64,000 nt of DNA, from assembly GCA_028870635.1 (NCBI GenBank), contig JAGWPE010000260.1, positions 2,612 through 66,611 of the forward strand, written 5' to 3'. A program made the position numbers and the translations under genes. This document shows, piece after piece, positions 1 to 8,697 of this stretch. Every line of letters starts with the position of its first letter. Position 1 is the first letter of the stretch. The notes beneath the pieces were generated by a model. That model made no database searches and was not told where the DNA came from. It saw nothing but the letters and a program-made list of their open reading frames with translations. This DNA is from Gammaproteobacteria bacterium (GTDB lineage: Bacteria > Pseudomonadota > Gammaproteobacteria > Steroidobacterales > Steroidobacteraceae).

Positions 1-604
1 CATGCGCCGCAGGCCTGAACCGGAGCACGTCCACGCCGTTGCCTACGGTGTGTATTCGCGCCGCGATCTGCGGCAGCCGCGCCCGGGCGCGCGTTGTCAC
101 GAACTCGGAAACAGTCACGACCGCATCGATGTCGGCGAGGTCGCGCCGCAGCAGCCCGAGATCGAGCTGCGCGAGCTCATCCTGATGCATGTGAACGACG
201 ACCCTGACACCCGGAAGCGCGCGCTTGAAGAGTGACGCGAATTGCGTCTGGCACGGCAGGTGTACGATGTCGGGTCGGCTCGCGGCAAGATCGCGCCCGA
301 TCTGCGAGAAGTACTCTTTGTAGTACAGCTTCGAGGTGAAATACGGCGCGCCTGTGCCGAAGCGCCCCTTGAGCAGCTGTACGGCTTTGTGGAACCGGCG
401 CGCAACGAAACGGATCCGGCGGATCTCGATCGAGCCCCAGCGCTCGACGGCAGCCTGGCCGCGCGCCCGCGGCGCATACACGATCACCTCGTGGCGGCGG
501 GACAGGCAGCGGGCTAGCTCCCAGTTGACGATCGCGACGGAGCCGCGCTGCTCCTCGCCCGCCGCTATCGGGTCCTGGGGCTGATTCAGGATGGCGATTT
601 TCAT
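1..604 (-). CDS. Glycosyltransferase family 4, N-terminal ~201 aa (3' end lies beyond the left window edge)
   Basis: Absent from the ORF track because it has no in-window stop. My reverse translation from ATG 604..602 gives MKIAILNQPQDPIAAGEEQRGSVAIVNWELARCLSRRHEVIVYAPR...VVHMHQDELAQ...VVTVSEFV...HTVGNGVDVLRFRP, a typical GT4/GT-B N-domain pattern with GC-rich third codon positions. Confidence 0.7.
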   Translation of the reverse strand, partial: MKIAILNQPQDPIAAGEEQRGSVAIVNWELARCLSRRHEVIVYAPRARGQAAVERWGSIEIRRIRFVARRFHKAVQLLKGRFGTGAPYFTSKLYYKEYFSQIGRDLAASRPDIVHLPCQTQFASLFKRALPGVRVVVHMHQDELAQLDLGLLRRDLADIDAVVTVSEFVTTRARARLPQIAARIHTVGNGVDVLRFRPAAH

Positions 605-685
605 GGGTTCCCAGCCGCGGCCGGAAGCGGCCGAGGAAACTGTCCAGCAAGATCGGGTCCTCCCAGGTACCGGGAGGAACATGAA

Positions 686-1270
686 TCAATGCCGGGCAGG
701 CACCGGGAAGTGCGCGAAAATCTGGCGCGTCGCCTGGTCGATCGACTCCGCCGGATGATCGAGCATCCGGCGGGTGAGGTCGGACAGGGCCGTTCCGCTC
801 CAGACGACGGAATTGTCCGCTCGATCGATCAGATCGATGCTCAGCGAGACGGCGGTGACGGTCCGAACGTCATTGTAGCCGCCGCCCCAGCCCCAGGGTC
901 CCCAGGGTCCCCATCCATATGGGGCCCACCCCCAGCCCATGCCCATGCCGAAAGCGGGACCTCCGGTGGTGCCCTCGACACGATCATGGGCGCCCTCGGT
1001 GAAGTTCACCAGCAGATCGGGCTTCTCCCCGGCAGCGGCCGGCGCATAGCCGCGGGACTGAAGCTCCTGGCCCACCTCCGTCTCGAGCTGCTGGGTGGTG
1101 AGGGACTTGTAGGGGCCCGTATCCGTGCCAGGCTTGGGCACGAACGCATAGGTATGAAAGCTGGCAAGGTCGACCCGCTCCGCCACGCGGGTGCGCACCA
1201 CCGGCCCGGTGGCGCAGGCGGCAAGCAGCGCCAGCACGGCGCCCAGGGCGAGGACCTTGACCCGATTCAT
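686..1270 (-). CDS. DUF4136-like lipoprotein
   Basis: ORF 686..1318(-). Start moved to ATG 1270 (MNRVKVLALGAVLALLAAC = signal peptide plus lipobox). The body (DLLVNF..., VSLSIDLIDRADNSVVWSG) resembles DUF4136. It contains an unusual W/G-rich insert. Confidence 0.7.
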   Translation of the reverse strand: MNRVKVLALGAVLALLAACATGPVVRTRVAERVDLASFHTYAFVPKPGTDTGPYKSLTTQQLETEVGQELQSRGYAPAAAGEKPDLLVNFTEGAHDRVEGTTGGPAFGMGMGWGWAPYGWGPWGPWGWGGGYNDVRTVTAVSLSIDLIDRADNSVVWSGTALSDLTRRMLDHPAESIDQATRQIFAHFPVPARH

Positions 1271-1383
1271 TTGCACCTCTCGCAAACTCAGACCCCGGCA
1301 ACGCCGCAGGGTTCTCACCGTTGACGTTCCGGGAGCTCGGCCGTGGGGGAATCGCCCTTCACTTTAGTACACTCCGGGCCGCC

Positions 1384-2328
1384 ATGACCATCAGGCTATC
1401 CGCGGCCCTCTTCCTCGTCCTCGCTCCGGCCCTGCTCCTCTCCATGGCCCTCGTGACGGCCGCGGAGGTGCCCACGGCCGGCATCCCGCACATCGACGCG
1501 CAAACCTCGCTCCTGGTCGTCTCCCCGCACCCGGACGATGAGACGCTCTGCTGCGCCGGCGTCATCCGCCGCGTGCTGGCGGCTGGCGGCCGCGCCAGCA
1601 TAGTCTGGCTTACGAGCGGCGACGGCTCCGAGCTCGACCTGCTCCTCATCGAGCGCGCCCTGCGGATTCATCCTGAGAAGATGCGTGATCTCGCCGGCAA
1701 GCGCATGCGTGAAGCACGTGCGGCGGCTGCCATTCTCGGGGTACCGCCTGAACGGCAGTTCTTCCTCGGATATCCCGACGGAGGTCTCCTCACCCTCGTC
1801 ACCGACCATTTCACGGTTCCCTACTACTCCAGGTTCAACGGAGCGACGAGCGTGCCTTACGCCGATACGTTCGCCGCCGGCCATCCATACACGGGCGAGA
1901 GCCTGGAAAGGGATTTTGCACGCGTGCTCGACCGCGTCCATCCGACTCTGGTGCTCGCGCCGAGCCCGCAGGATGCGCACCAGGACCATCGCGCGGCGGG
2001 CATCGTGGCATTGCAGGTGCTGGGCCGCCGTCACGAGCTCGGCGCGGCACGCTTCTGGATCGTGCACGGCGGCCACGATTGGCCGAGCCCGCGGGGGCTG
2101 CACATGAGCCTTCCCCTCGCCGAGCCGCCCAGAGGCCGCGGACTCGGGCTTGCGCCCTTCCGTCTCGACTCTCGCGAGGAGGCGGACAAGCTGGATGCCG
2201 TGCGGCGGTACCAAACGCAGATGCGCGTGATGTCTTCCTTCCTGCTCTCCTTCGTGCGCACCAATGAGTTGTACTCCTCGCTGCCGGTTGCCCCCCCAAT
2301 CGCGCCCCGCGCCGCCAACCAACGCTGA
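1384..2328 (+). CDS. PIG-L (LmbE-like) family deacetylase with N-terminal signal/anchor
   Basis: Motifs VVSPHPDDETLCCAG and HQDHRAAG. Hydrophobic leader MTIRLSAALFLVLAPALLLSMALVTA starts at ATG 1384; the track ORF begins at an upstream TTG at 1321. Confidence 0.8.
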   Translation: MTIRLSAALFLVLAPALLLSMALVTAAEVPTAGIPHIDAQTSLLVVSPHPDDETLCCAGVIRRVLAAGGRASIVWLTSGDGSELDLLLIERALRIHPEKMRDLAGKRMREARAAAAILGVPPERQFFLGYPDGGLLTLVTDHFTVPYYSRFNGATSVPYADTFAAGHPYTGESLERDFARVLDRVHPTLVLAPSPQDAHQDHRAAGIVALQVLGRRHELGAARFWIVHGGHDWPSPRGLHMSLPLAEPPRGRGLGLAPFRLDSREEADKLDAVRRYQTQMRVMSSFLLSFVRTNELYSSLPVAPPIAPRAANQR

Positions 2329-2332
2329 GGCC

Positions 2333-3538
2333 TCAACGGCCGCCGGGCCGGCGCCAGCGGTCGAGGATCCGGTCGAGCGCGCCCGCGATGCTCTCGCGCA
2401 GGCGGTCGAGCACGGCGCGGCGCCGCCAGTGGCGGCGGCTGAGCTCCTGCGACTCGAGGCAGTCGGCCGCGAAGGTCGCCGCGGCCTGCGCGGCGAGCGC
2501 GGCGCTTTCGATTTCCTGGTTGGCCTCCAGATTCCAGCGGAAGCTCCAGCGGTCGAGATTGCTCGAGCCCACGCTCAGCCAGTCATCGCACAAGGCCATC
2601 TTGCCGTGCAGGACCCGCGGCTGATATTCGAAGATGCGCACGCCGTTGCGCAGCAGCTTGCCGTAGAAGCGCCGTGCCGCGTGCCGCACCCACGGATGGT
2701 CGGTCTTCGGACCGGGCACGAGCAGCCTGACATCGACACCGCGGCGCGCAGCGCGGCGCAAAGCCTTGCGGAACCGCCGCGACGGCACGAAATAGGCGCT
2801 CATGATCCACGCACGCCGCAACGCGCCGTTGATCCTCCTGACGACGTCGTTGGCCAGAATGGAGCGGTGCGCCGCCTCGCTGAGAGCGAGCCGTCCGAGC
2901 GCACCCACCGCGATGGACGGCTCATCGGGCGATTCCGGCGTCACCTCGGGAACCGCGGGCGAGCCGCCGCTGCGGCTCCAGTTGCACGCGAAGGCGTTCT
3001 GCCAGTCACTCACCACCGGCCCCGAGATTTCCAGCATGAGATCGCGCCAAGCCCGGCGACCGCGCCTGCCGTCTATGAATTCGTCCGCGAGTCCGACGCC
3101 CCCCACGAAGGCGAGAGCGCCGTCGATGACCAGGAGCTTGCGGTGATCCCGCAGACAATTCTGCAGGCGCTTGCGCCAGGACAGCGGATTGAAGAAAGTC
3201 AGGTGCGCCCCCGAGGAGGCAAGCCTGCGCCGATCGGCGGCGCGCAGGCCGAGAGAGCCGAAGGCATCGAAGAGCACGTGAACCCGCACCCCGCGCTGCG
3301 CGCAGCCGGCGAGGGCGTCGATGAACCGCCGGGCAACGGTGCCGGACTCGACGAGATACATCTCGAGCAGAACCGACTCGCGCGCTCCCTCCATGGCCTC
3401 GAGCATCCGCCGGAAGATCCGGTCGCTCTCGGTGAGCAGTTGAAACCGGTTGCCCTGCCGCCAGGGCCAGCCCACGGCCACTCCGACAGCCGCCCGGGGC
3501 CGCACCGCAAGTCCTACCGTACCTTCAGTGCTCGACAT
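2333..3538 (-). CDS. Phospholipase D / cardiolipin synthase-like protein (two HKD motifs)
   Basis: 401-aa ORF with HKD motifs HRKLLVIDG and LHGKMALCDDWLSVGSSNLDRWS. Confidence 0.85.
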   Translation of the reverse strand: MSSTEGTVGLAVRPRAAVGVAVGWPWRQGNRFQLLTESDRIFRRMLEAMEGARESVLLEMYLVESGTVARRFIDALAGCAQRGVRVHVLFDAFGSLGLRAADRRRLASSGAHLTFFNPLSWRKRLQNCLRDHRKLLVIDGALAFVGGVGLADEFIDGRRGRRAWRDLMLEISGPVVSDWQNAFACNWSRSGGSPAVPEVTPESPDEPSIAVGALGRLALSEAAHRSILANDVVRRINGALRRAWIMSAYFVPSRRFRKALRRAARRGVDVRLLVPGPKTDHPWVRHAARRFYGKLLRNGVRIFEYQPRVLHGKMALCDDWLSVGSSNLDRWSFRWNLEANQEIESAALAAQAAATFAADCLESQELSRRHWRRRAVLDRLRESIAGALDRILDRWRRPGGR

Positions 3539-4378
3539 GAGCGGACATTCTATGCCCCGGGCTGGATCGTCATCCTTCTACTGCTCTTGCCTGGCGCCGC
3601 GCGCGCCAATGCCGTCGGCGCGGTCAACCGGGCACGGACCAGGCACTGCGGCCCGTCGCGCGCCGCCCAACCGCCGCTCATCGAGAGCCGCGGTCTCGAT
3701 GAGGCCGCGCGCTTGCTCGCGAACGGCGAGTCGCTCGGGCAGGCGGAGCTTCGCACCGGCTATCGCGCCGAACGGTCGTTGTGGATCCGGATATCCGGCG
3801 CCACGGACGATGCGGCCGTCGAGCGGACGGTGAGCGGGCGATTCTGCGATCAGCTCGCGAATCCCAAGCTGCGGCACATCGGCGTCTACGGCAATGGCGC
3901 GGGGAGTCTCTGGATAGTCGTCGCGGAGCCCTTCACGACGCCGCGCATCCGCAACACGGCCGCCGTGAGCCGCCTCGTCCTGGCTCTGACCAACGACGCC
4001 CGCGCGCACGCGCGAAGCTGCGGCTGGCGGCACTTCCCGCCCGCCCCGCCCCTTTCGCTCACGCCCGCTCTTGCGCGCGCGGCCAGCGCCCATTCGCAGG
4101 ACATGGCCGCGCACGGCTTCCTCAGCCATTCCGGCAGCGATGGCAGCACTCCCGGCGAGCGCGTGACCCGCGCCGGCTATCGCTGGAGCATGGTGGGCGA
4201 GAACATCGCCAGCGGCGTGGAAACGCCGCAAGCAGCGGTCGCAGGCTGGCTCGCGAGCCCGCATCACTGCGCCAACATCATGACCGCCGGATTCCGGCAG
4301 ATGGGTGTCGCTTTCGCCGTCAACAGGGCGAATCCGCAAGTGATCGTCTGGACGGAGGATTTCGGCAGGCCGCGTTAG
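3440..4378 (+). CDS. CAP/SCP (YkwD-like) domain secreted protein; start uncertain
   Basis: C-terminal part of the 2264..4378 ORF: SHSGSDGSTPGERV...GYRWSMVGENIASG...AVAGWLASPHHCANIM...FRQMGVAFA is a CAP-domain signature. Hydrophobic leader WIVILLLLLPGAARA. The only in-frame canonical starts are TTG 3440, which keeps the leader but overlaps the cls-like gene start, and TTG 3587, which deletes the leader. Confidence 0.55.
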   Translation: MKPVALPPGPAHGHSDSRPGPHRKSYRTFSARHERTFYAPGWIVILLLLLPGAARANAVGAVNRARTRHCGPSRAAQPPLIESRGLDEAARLLANGESLGQAELRTGYRAERSLWIRISGATDDAAVERTVSGRFCDQLANPKLRHIGVYGNGAGSLWIVVAEPFTTPRIRNTAAVSRLVLALTNDARAHARSCGWRHFPPAPPLSLTPALARAASAHSQDMAAHGFLSHSGSDGSTPGERVTRAGYRWSMVGENIASGVETPQAAVAGWLASPHHCANIMTAGFRQMGVAFAVNRANPQVIVWTEDFGRPR

Positions 4379-4460
4379 GACTTCGCCGGCCCGTGGGAGT
4401 CATGCGGAAACCGCGAGGCCGGCGCCGACGTCTGCCCAGACCCAGATATGCGCCGTAGCG

Positions 4461-4574
4461 GCGGGTGAGGGCCTCGTGACCGATCACCGTACGGGTCCCT
4501 CCGTCGACTATCGGCTGAAATAGCGTACGGAGCGCCCGCTCGCTGATGAGCTTGTGGATTGCTTCTTCTTGCAT
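4461..4574 (-). pseudogene. EAL-domain remnant (first ~38 aa of an EAL domain, then degenerate)
   Basis: ORF 4320..4574(-) begins MQEEAIHKLISERALRTLFQPIVDGGTRTVIGHEALTR, matching the start of an EAL domain (FQPIVD...GxEALxR). It then turns into Arg-rich nonsense. I saw no continuation of EAL motifs in the other frames. Confidence 0.35.
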
Positions 4575-4656
4575 CGCAACCCGCAGTCAAGCGTGAGCAC
4601 GGCCGCCGCGCTGTGACCAGCTCAACAGCCTGGAAGCCCTGACCGGGATTTTTTTG

Positions 4657-5442
4657 TTACGTCTGCGTTACGGACGCCGCCGCGCCGCGCCGGCGCCCGC
4701 GTACCATCACTATCCCGGCAATCGTGTAGAGCAGCGCAAACCAGGCCGTGGTCCGAGTGAGCAGAAGATAGAAGAGATGATATCTGGCGGGGATGTGCCA
4801 CACGATGTGCTCGGCCGTCTCCAGTCCCCCCGCCGCCGCCGCGGCCGCGAACAACAACGTGAGCAGCAGGGGACCGCCCGCGGAGCGCTCTGCGCCGGCG
4901 GAATCTCCCGCCGTTACCGGCAACAGGACGAACCAGACGGCGAGCAGGCCGAGTCCCAGCACCGAGCTCACGTACTGCAGCACGTGACAGAGCTCACCGG
5001 TGTACGAGAAGAAAGACACCGGCGCGCTCAACGCCGAGATCCGCGAGACCATCCAGCCGTCCGGGTGTGTGAAGGAGTCCCAGGCGAGGTGCGTCCAGGA
5101 GCCGATGAGAAGGGACAGCGGCGCCAGCGCCCAGCTGCTCGGCCGGCTGCCGAAGCGCTCCAGGGCCGCGATGCATTTGGCCTCCCCACCCGGTCCGAGC
5201 GGTGCCGCGAGCGGTGCGCGCAGCAGCCAGACGAAAAGCAGCAGGAATATCCCGATCGGCAAGTCCAGGGTGAAGGTGCCGAGAAACGTGTGCGTCGCCG
5301 GCGGAATATGCTTCGCGATCCGCCACGGCAGGTAATACGGCACATCGGGCGCCATGGCGCCGATGAAGAGCGGCACGGTGCGCAGCAGACGGACGCCCCG
5401 CAGCGGCAGAACGGCCGCGGGGTGCGCAAGGGTGAACGGCAT
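4657..5442 (-). CDS. DUF4184 family membrane protein
   Basis: 261 aa. N-terminus MPFTLAHPAAVLPL is characteristic of DUF4184, and there are multiple hydrophobic segments. Confidence 0.7.
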   Translation of the reverse strand: MPFTLAHPAAVLPLRGVRLLRTVPLFIGAMAPDVPYYLPWRIAKHIPPATHTFLGTFTLDLPIGIFLLLFVWLLRAPLAAPLGPGGEAKCIAALERFGSRPSSWALAPLSLLIGSWTHLAWDSFTHPDGWMVSRISALSAPVSFFSYTGELCHVLQYVSSVLGLGLLAVWFVLLPVTAGDSAGAERSAGGPLLLTLLFAAAAAAGGLETAEHIVWHIPARYHLFYLLLTRTTAWFALLYTIAGIVMVRGRRRGAAASVTQT

Positions 5443-5454
5443 GAAGGAAGCCTC

Positions 5455-7854
5455 TCAGGCTTGCCCTTCTGCCGCAAGTGCCGTCTTGGCAGCCTCGCCG
5501 GCCGGCACCACTGAGATCCGGAAATCCCGACCCGCCCACTCGCCGCTCGGCTCGAGTCGATACGTCAGGTCGATGGAGCGGCCGCCCTTCAGCCGCGCAG
5601 TGTCGATTTCCACGGTATGCAGACCTAGAGTCGTTGCCGTCGTACGACGCTCGCAAATGTCTTTCCAGCCGTCGAAGCCCCAGCGGAACGTTGCGGGCGA
5701 GCTGACCGCCACCGTCAGCGCTGCACCCTCCGGCAGCTCCGAAGCCGGAGCGTGTGCGCACCAGACGACGCGCTCGAGTCGCGGACGTCTGCCGGCGTAC
5801 CGCTGCCAGACACGTTGCGGCCGGTCGAGAGGCCTGCCCAGAGAGCGCGATACTACGAGCTTGACGTATTCCGCATGCGTCCAGGCCAGCGGCATCGCGC
5901 TTCCGGTTGGACGTCCTGGCTCGAGCCCGCGGGAGGGCACGGGCGCAGCATCCCAGATCTGCTCCGGCAACATGCCGCCGGGCGATGCCATGCGGACCAT
6001 GGCGAGCAGCATCGGTAAGGGGTCGCGTCCCGCGGCGAGCTCATAATGGCCGCGCTCGCCGGTGAGCAGCGGCCAGGCTCGGCCCCTGCCGGTGCCGTCG
6101 AATGCCGAGCCGTCGTCATGCTCTCCGTAGCCGTCATCGTTGTAACGGTGCCAGCTGGGGCCGGTTGGCGTGTCGACTTTGAGCAGCATGTCCGCAAGAC
6201 GCACGGTTGCCGCGATCAGCGGATCGTCCGGCCGGCGCAGCCCGAAGCGCACGAGCTGCAGGAAATCGACACCGACCTGGGCGGAGGCGGGCAGTTCCGG
6301 ATCGAGCGACTGATTCTTGACGGGCAGCACGCGCTGCAGCGCGCCGCGGTCGCGCAGCGCCTCCGTCGGCGCGACCCGCACGTAATAGCCGGGCAGCCCC
6401 TGGCTGCCCGCGAACGGCGTGTCGAGGACGGCGGTCCAGTCCTCGAGGCTCGCATTCCAGTAGTCGGCCACCGCGAGCGCCAGCTCGCGCGCCTCGGGAT
6501 CGAGATGCGGCGCTCCGCAGACGAGCGCAGCGATGCACGCCGCCAGCGTGAACGTGTTGATTCCCGCGTCTTCCTCCCATCGATCCTGGTCGCTCGCCGG
6601 ACCGTTGCACACGATGAAGGAGAGAGCCCGGCGGATCATGTCCGCGACCTCGATTCCATCGAGCGCAGCGCGCTCCTCGAGTTGCGCCGCCAGCAGCACC
6701 GGAAAGGCGGTCTCATCGAGCTGCACACCGGTCCAATAAGGCTTGCCGCCGAGCCACTGATTTTGATTCCAGTGCCCGTCGGCGAGCTGCGTGGCGCGCA
6801 GATAACGCAGGGTGTCCAGAGCCTCGGGCGTCGCGCCCACCGCCAGCAGCGCCCCGGCGCACTCGCAGAGATCGCGCGGCCAGACGAGGTGGTAACCCTC
6901 CCGCTCCTCCTTCGTGTTGCCCCAGGGGACACTCAGGCTGGCCACCATCGCTCCCGGGTAGGTCTTGTCGAGATGCGTGCGCAGCGCCATCGTCGACAGC
7001 TTGAATTGGCTCACGCACTCGGTTGGCAGGCCATCGGACAGCTGCACCCGGACCCCGCACTCCCGGTGCCAGCCGTTCCAGTCCGTGATCTGCCGCTGCC
7101 AGGTTGCCTCGAACGGCTCGAACAGGGCGCTCAAGGCGAGCGTCGCAGCCGACTCCGTGCTGCTGCCGAAGCCGAGCGCGAGCACCGCCTTGCGGGGCAG
7201 CTCCCCCGTCAGAGCGATGTTGCCCGGTCCCGCGCTGGCATGCTCCCAGGTCATCGCGCCGTTACGCGAGAAGTCCTGCCAGCCGTCGCTCGCCCCGACG
7301 AACCCGCAGCTCGCACGTCCCCAGGCATCCTGCTGATCCGGCGTGACCGCGGCCAGCGCCAGCGCAAAAGGTCCCTGCTCGGCCCAGAGCACCCGATGGC
7401 CGCGATGGCCGGCAATGGCCGCGCAGTTGTTGTTGCCGGTACCGCCGAGATGCGGCGCGAGCAGCGCATAGGGCCGCAGCGACTCATCGCCCGACAGCTC
7501 GACTTCCATGAGGAGCACATCGCGCTCGCGGGAGGGTGTGATGCGCAGCGTCAGCTCGAAGCGCTCGTGCTCGTGGACGATCTGCACGGCCGGCACTCCA
7601 GGGCCGGCGAGAGTCAGCGCATGGCGATACATCCGCTTGACCTCGACCCAGAACCCGCGTCCATCCGCAACGACGATTCCCAGGTCGCGAATCTGCGGAA
7701 TGTCGATACGCGGGTAGTAGACCTCGTTGAGAATACCGCCGCCGATAGTGAACCACAGCCGCGAAGGACCGAGCGAGCAGCCCACCATCTCCTTCGCGCT
7801 GCTGCACCAGGTGGGCGGCAGGCCGGGCGCGCCCGGAGCATCAGCGCCGCTCAT
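5455..7854 (-). CDS. Glycoside hydrolase family 15 glucoamylase/glucodextranase-like protein
   Basis: 799 aa. The N-terminal domain (GGGILNEVYYPRIDIPQIRDLG) and the (alpha/alpha)6 catalytic region (YHLVWPRDL, DRWEEDAGINTFT) are typical of bacterial GH15. There is an extra C-terminal beta-domain. Confidence 0.85.
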   Translation of the reverse strand: MSGADAPGAPGLPPTWCSSAKEMVGCSLGPSRLWFTIGGGILNEVYYPRIDIPQIRDLGIVVADGRGFWVEVKRMYRHALTLAGPGVPAVQIVHEHERFELTLRITPSRERDVLLMEVELSGDESLRPYALLAPHLGGTGNNNCAAIAGHRGHRVLWAEQGPFALALAAVTPDQQDAWGRASCGFVGASDGWQDFSRNGAMTWEHASAGPGNIALTGELPRKAVLALGFGSSTESAATLALSALFEPFEATWQRQITDWNGWHRECGVRVQLSDGLPTECVSQFKLSTMALRTHLDKTYPGAMVASLSVPWGNTKEEREGYHLVWPRDLCECAGALLAVGATPEALDTLRYLRATQLADGHWNQNQWLGGKPYWTGVQLDETAFPVLLAAQLEERAALDGIEVADMIRRALSFIVCNGPASDQDRWEEDAGINTFTLAACIAALVCGAPHLDPEARELALAVADYWNASLEDWTAVLDTPFAGSQGLPGYYVRVAPTEALRDRGALQRVLPVKNQSLDPELPASAQVGVDFLQLVRFGLRRPDDPLIAATVRLADMLLKVDTPTGPSWHRYNDDGYGEHDDGSAFDGTGRGRAWPLLTGERGHYELAAGRDPLPMLLAMVRMASPGGMLPEQIWDAAPVPSRGLEPGRPTGSAMPLAWTHAEYVKLVVSRSLGRPLDRPQRVWQRYAGRRPRLERVVWCAHAPASELPEGAALTVAVSSPATFRWGFDGWKDICERRTTATTLGLHTVEIDTARLKGGRSIDLTYRLEPSGEWAGRDFRISVVPAGEAAKTALAAEGQA

Positions 7855-8657
7855 GACCCAGAGCCCGCGGGCGCCGCCGCCCGTTGGCGGCGCGAGATGC
7901 TGACGGCGGGCGGGTCATCGCCGCGCCAAAGATGCAGGCCACCCTTGAAGGCATTGAGATTCTCGCCGAGGCGCACACCCTCGGGCAGCTCCCTCAGCCG
8001 CGCGGCATTGCCGCCTCCCAGGACGACGTAGTCCACCTCCAGCACCTCCTTCAGCCGCATCACTACTTCGGCCACGGCCTTGCGCCACTTCTTGTTGCCC
8101 AGGCGCTTGCGCCCGCGCTCGCCCGCATAGTCCTCGAAGGTGCGGCCGCGCTTGTAGGGCATGTGGCCGATCTCCATCGGCTCCACCGTGCCGTCGAGTA
8201 TCAGCGTCGCCCCGAGCCCCGTGCCGAGGCCGAGAAAGAGCATCCGGCCGCCTTCATAGCTGCCGAGCGCCTGCATGGTCGCATCGTTGACCACCCGCAC
8301 CGGCCGGCCGAAGGTCTCCTCGAAGTCATATCCGACCCAACCCGAGCCGAGATTGAACGGCTCGGCGGCGATCCGTCCACGCAACACCAGCCCGGGATAG
8401 CCGATCGCCACCGCCTCGTACCGCAGATCGCGGGCGCGCTTGCAGACCTTTCGGGCCATCTCGGCCGCGGTCATGTCGGATCCCGATGCGAACCGGCGGA
8501 TCGCGCCGCGGGCGCCCATGCGGAATTTGACGTGCGAGCCGCCGACATCGATGACGAGGACGTGCGCCGGGTCCGGCGGCTTCGGTGTAACCGGGCGTTT
8601 GCGGCGAGGACGGGTCGGCATGCCCGAATTGTCACCGGAATCGGTGCTTTCGGCCAA
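7851..8657 (-). CDS. ROK-family sugar kinase, polyphosphate-glucokinase-like
   Basis: VIDVGGSHVKF (phosphate-1 motif), VVNDATMQALG, LGLGTGLGATLI, EIGH and GGGNA. 4-nt ATGA overlap with the downstream GH15 gene. Confidence 0.75.
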   Translation of the reverse strand: MAESTDSGDNSGMPTRPRRKRPVTPKPPDPAHVLVIDVGGSHVKFRMGARGAIRRFASGSDMTAAEMARKVCKRARDLRYEAVAIGYPGLVLRGRIAAEPFNLGSGWVGYDFEETFGRPVRVVNDATMQALGSYEGGRMLFLGLGTGLGATLILDGTVEPMEIGHMPYKRGRTFEDYAGERGRKRLGNKKWRKAVAEVVMRLKEVLEVDYVVLGGGNAARLRELPEGVRLGENLNAFKGGLHLWRGDDPPAVSISRRQRAAAPAGSGS

Positions 8658-8697
8658 GCCGACCCGTCACGCCGCCAAAGGTTCCCGTCCTCAAGCC

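Noticed and set aside
2264-3439. N-terminal ~390 aa of the 704-aa ORF 2264..4378(+)
   Set aside because: This part is antisense to the PLD-like gene, which has two clear HKD motifs. Only the C-terminal CAP-domain part of the long ORF is credible.
6046-8031. 661-aa plus-strand ORF
   Set aside because: It is antisense to the GH15 and ROK kinase genes and shows the same shadow-frame composition.
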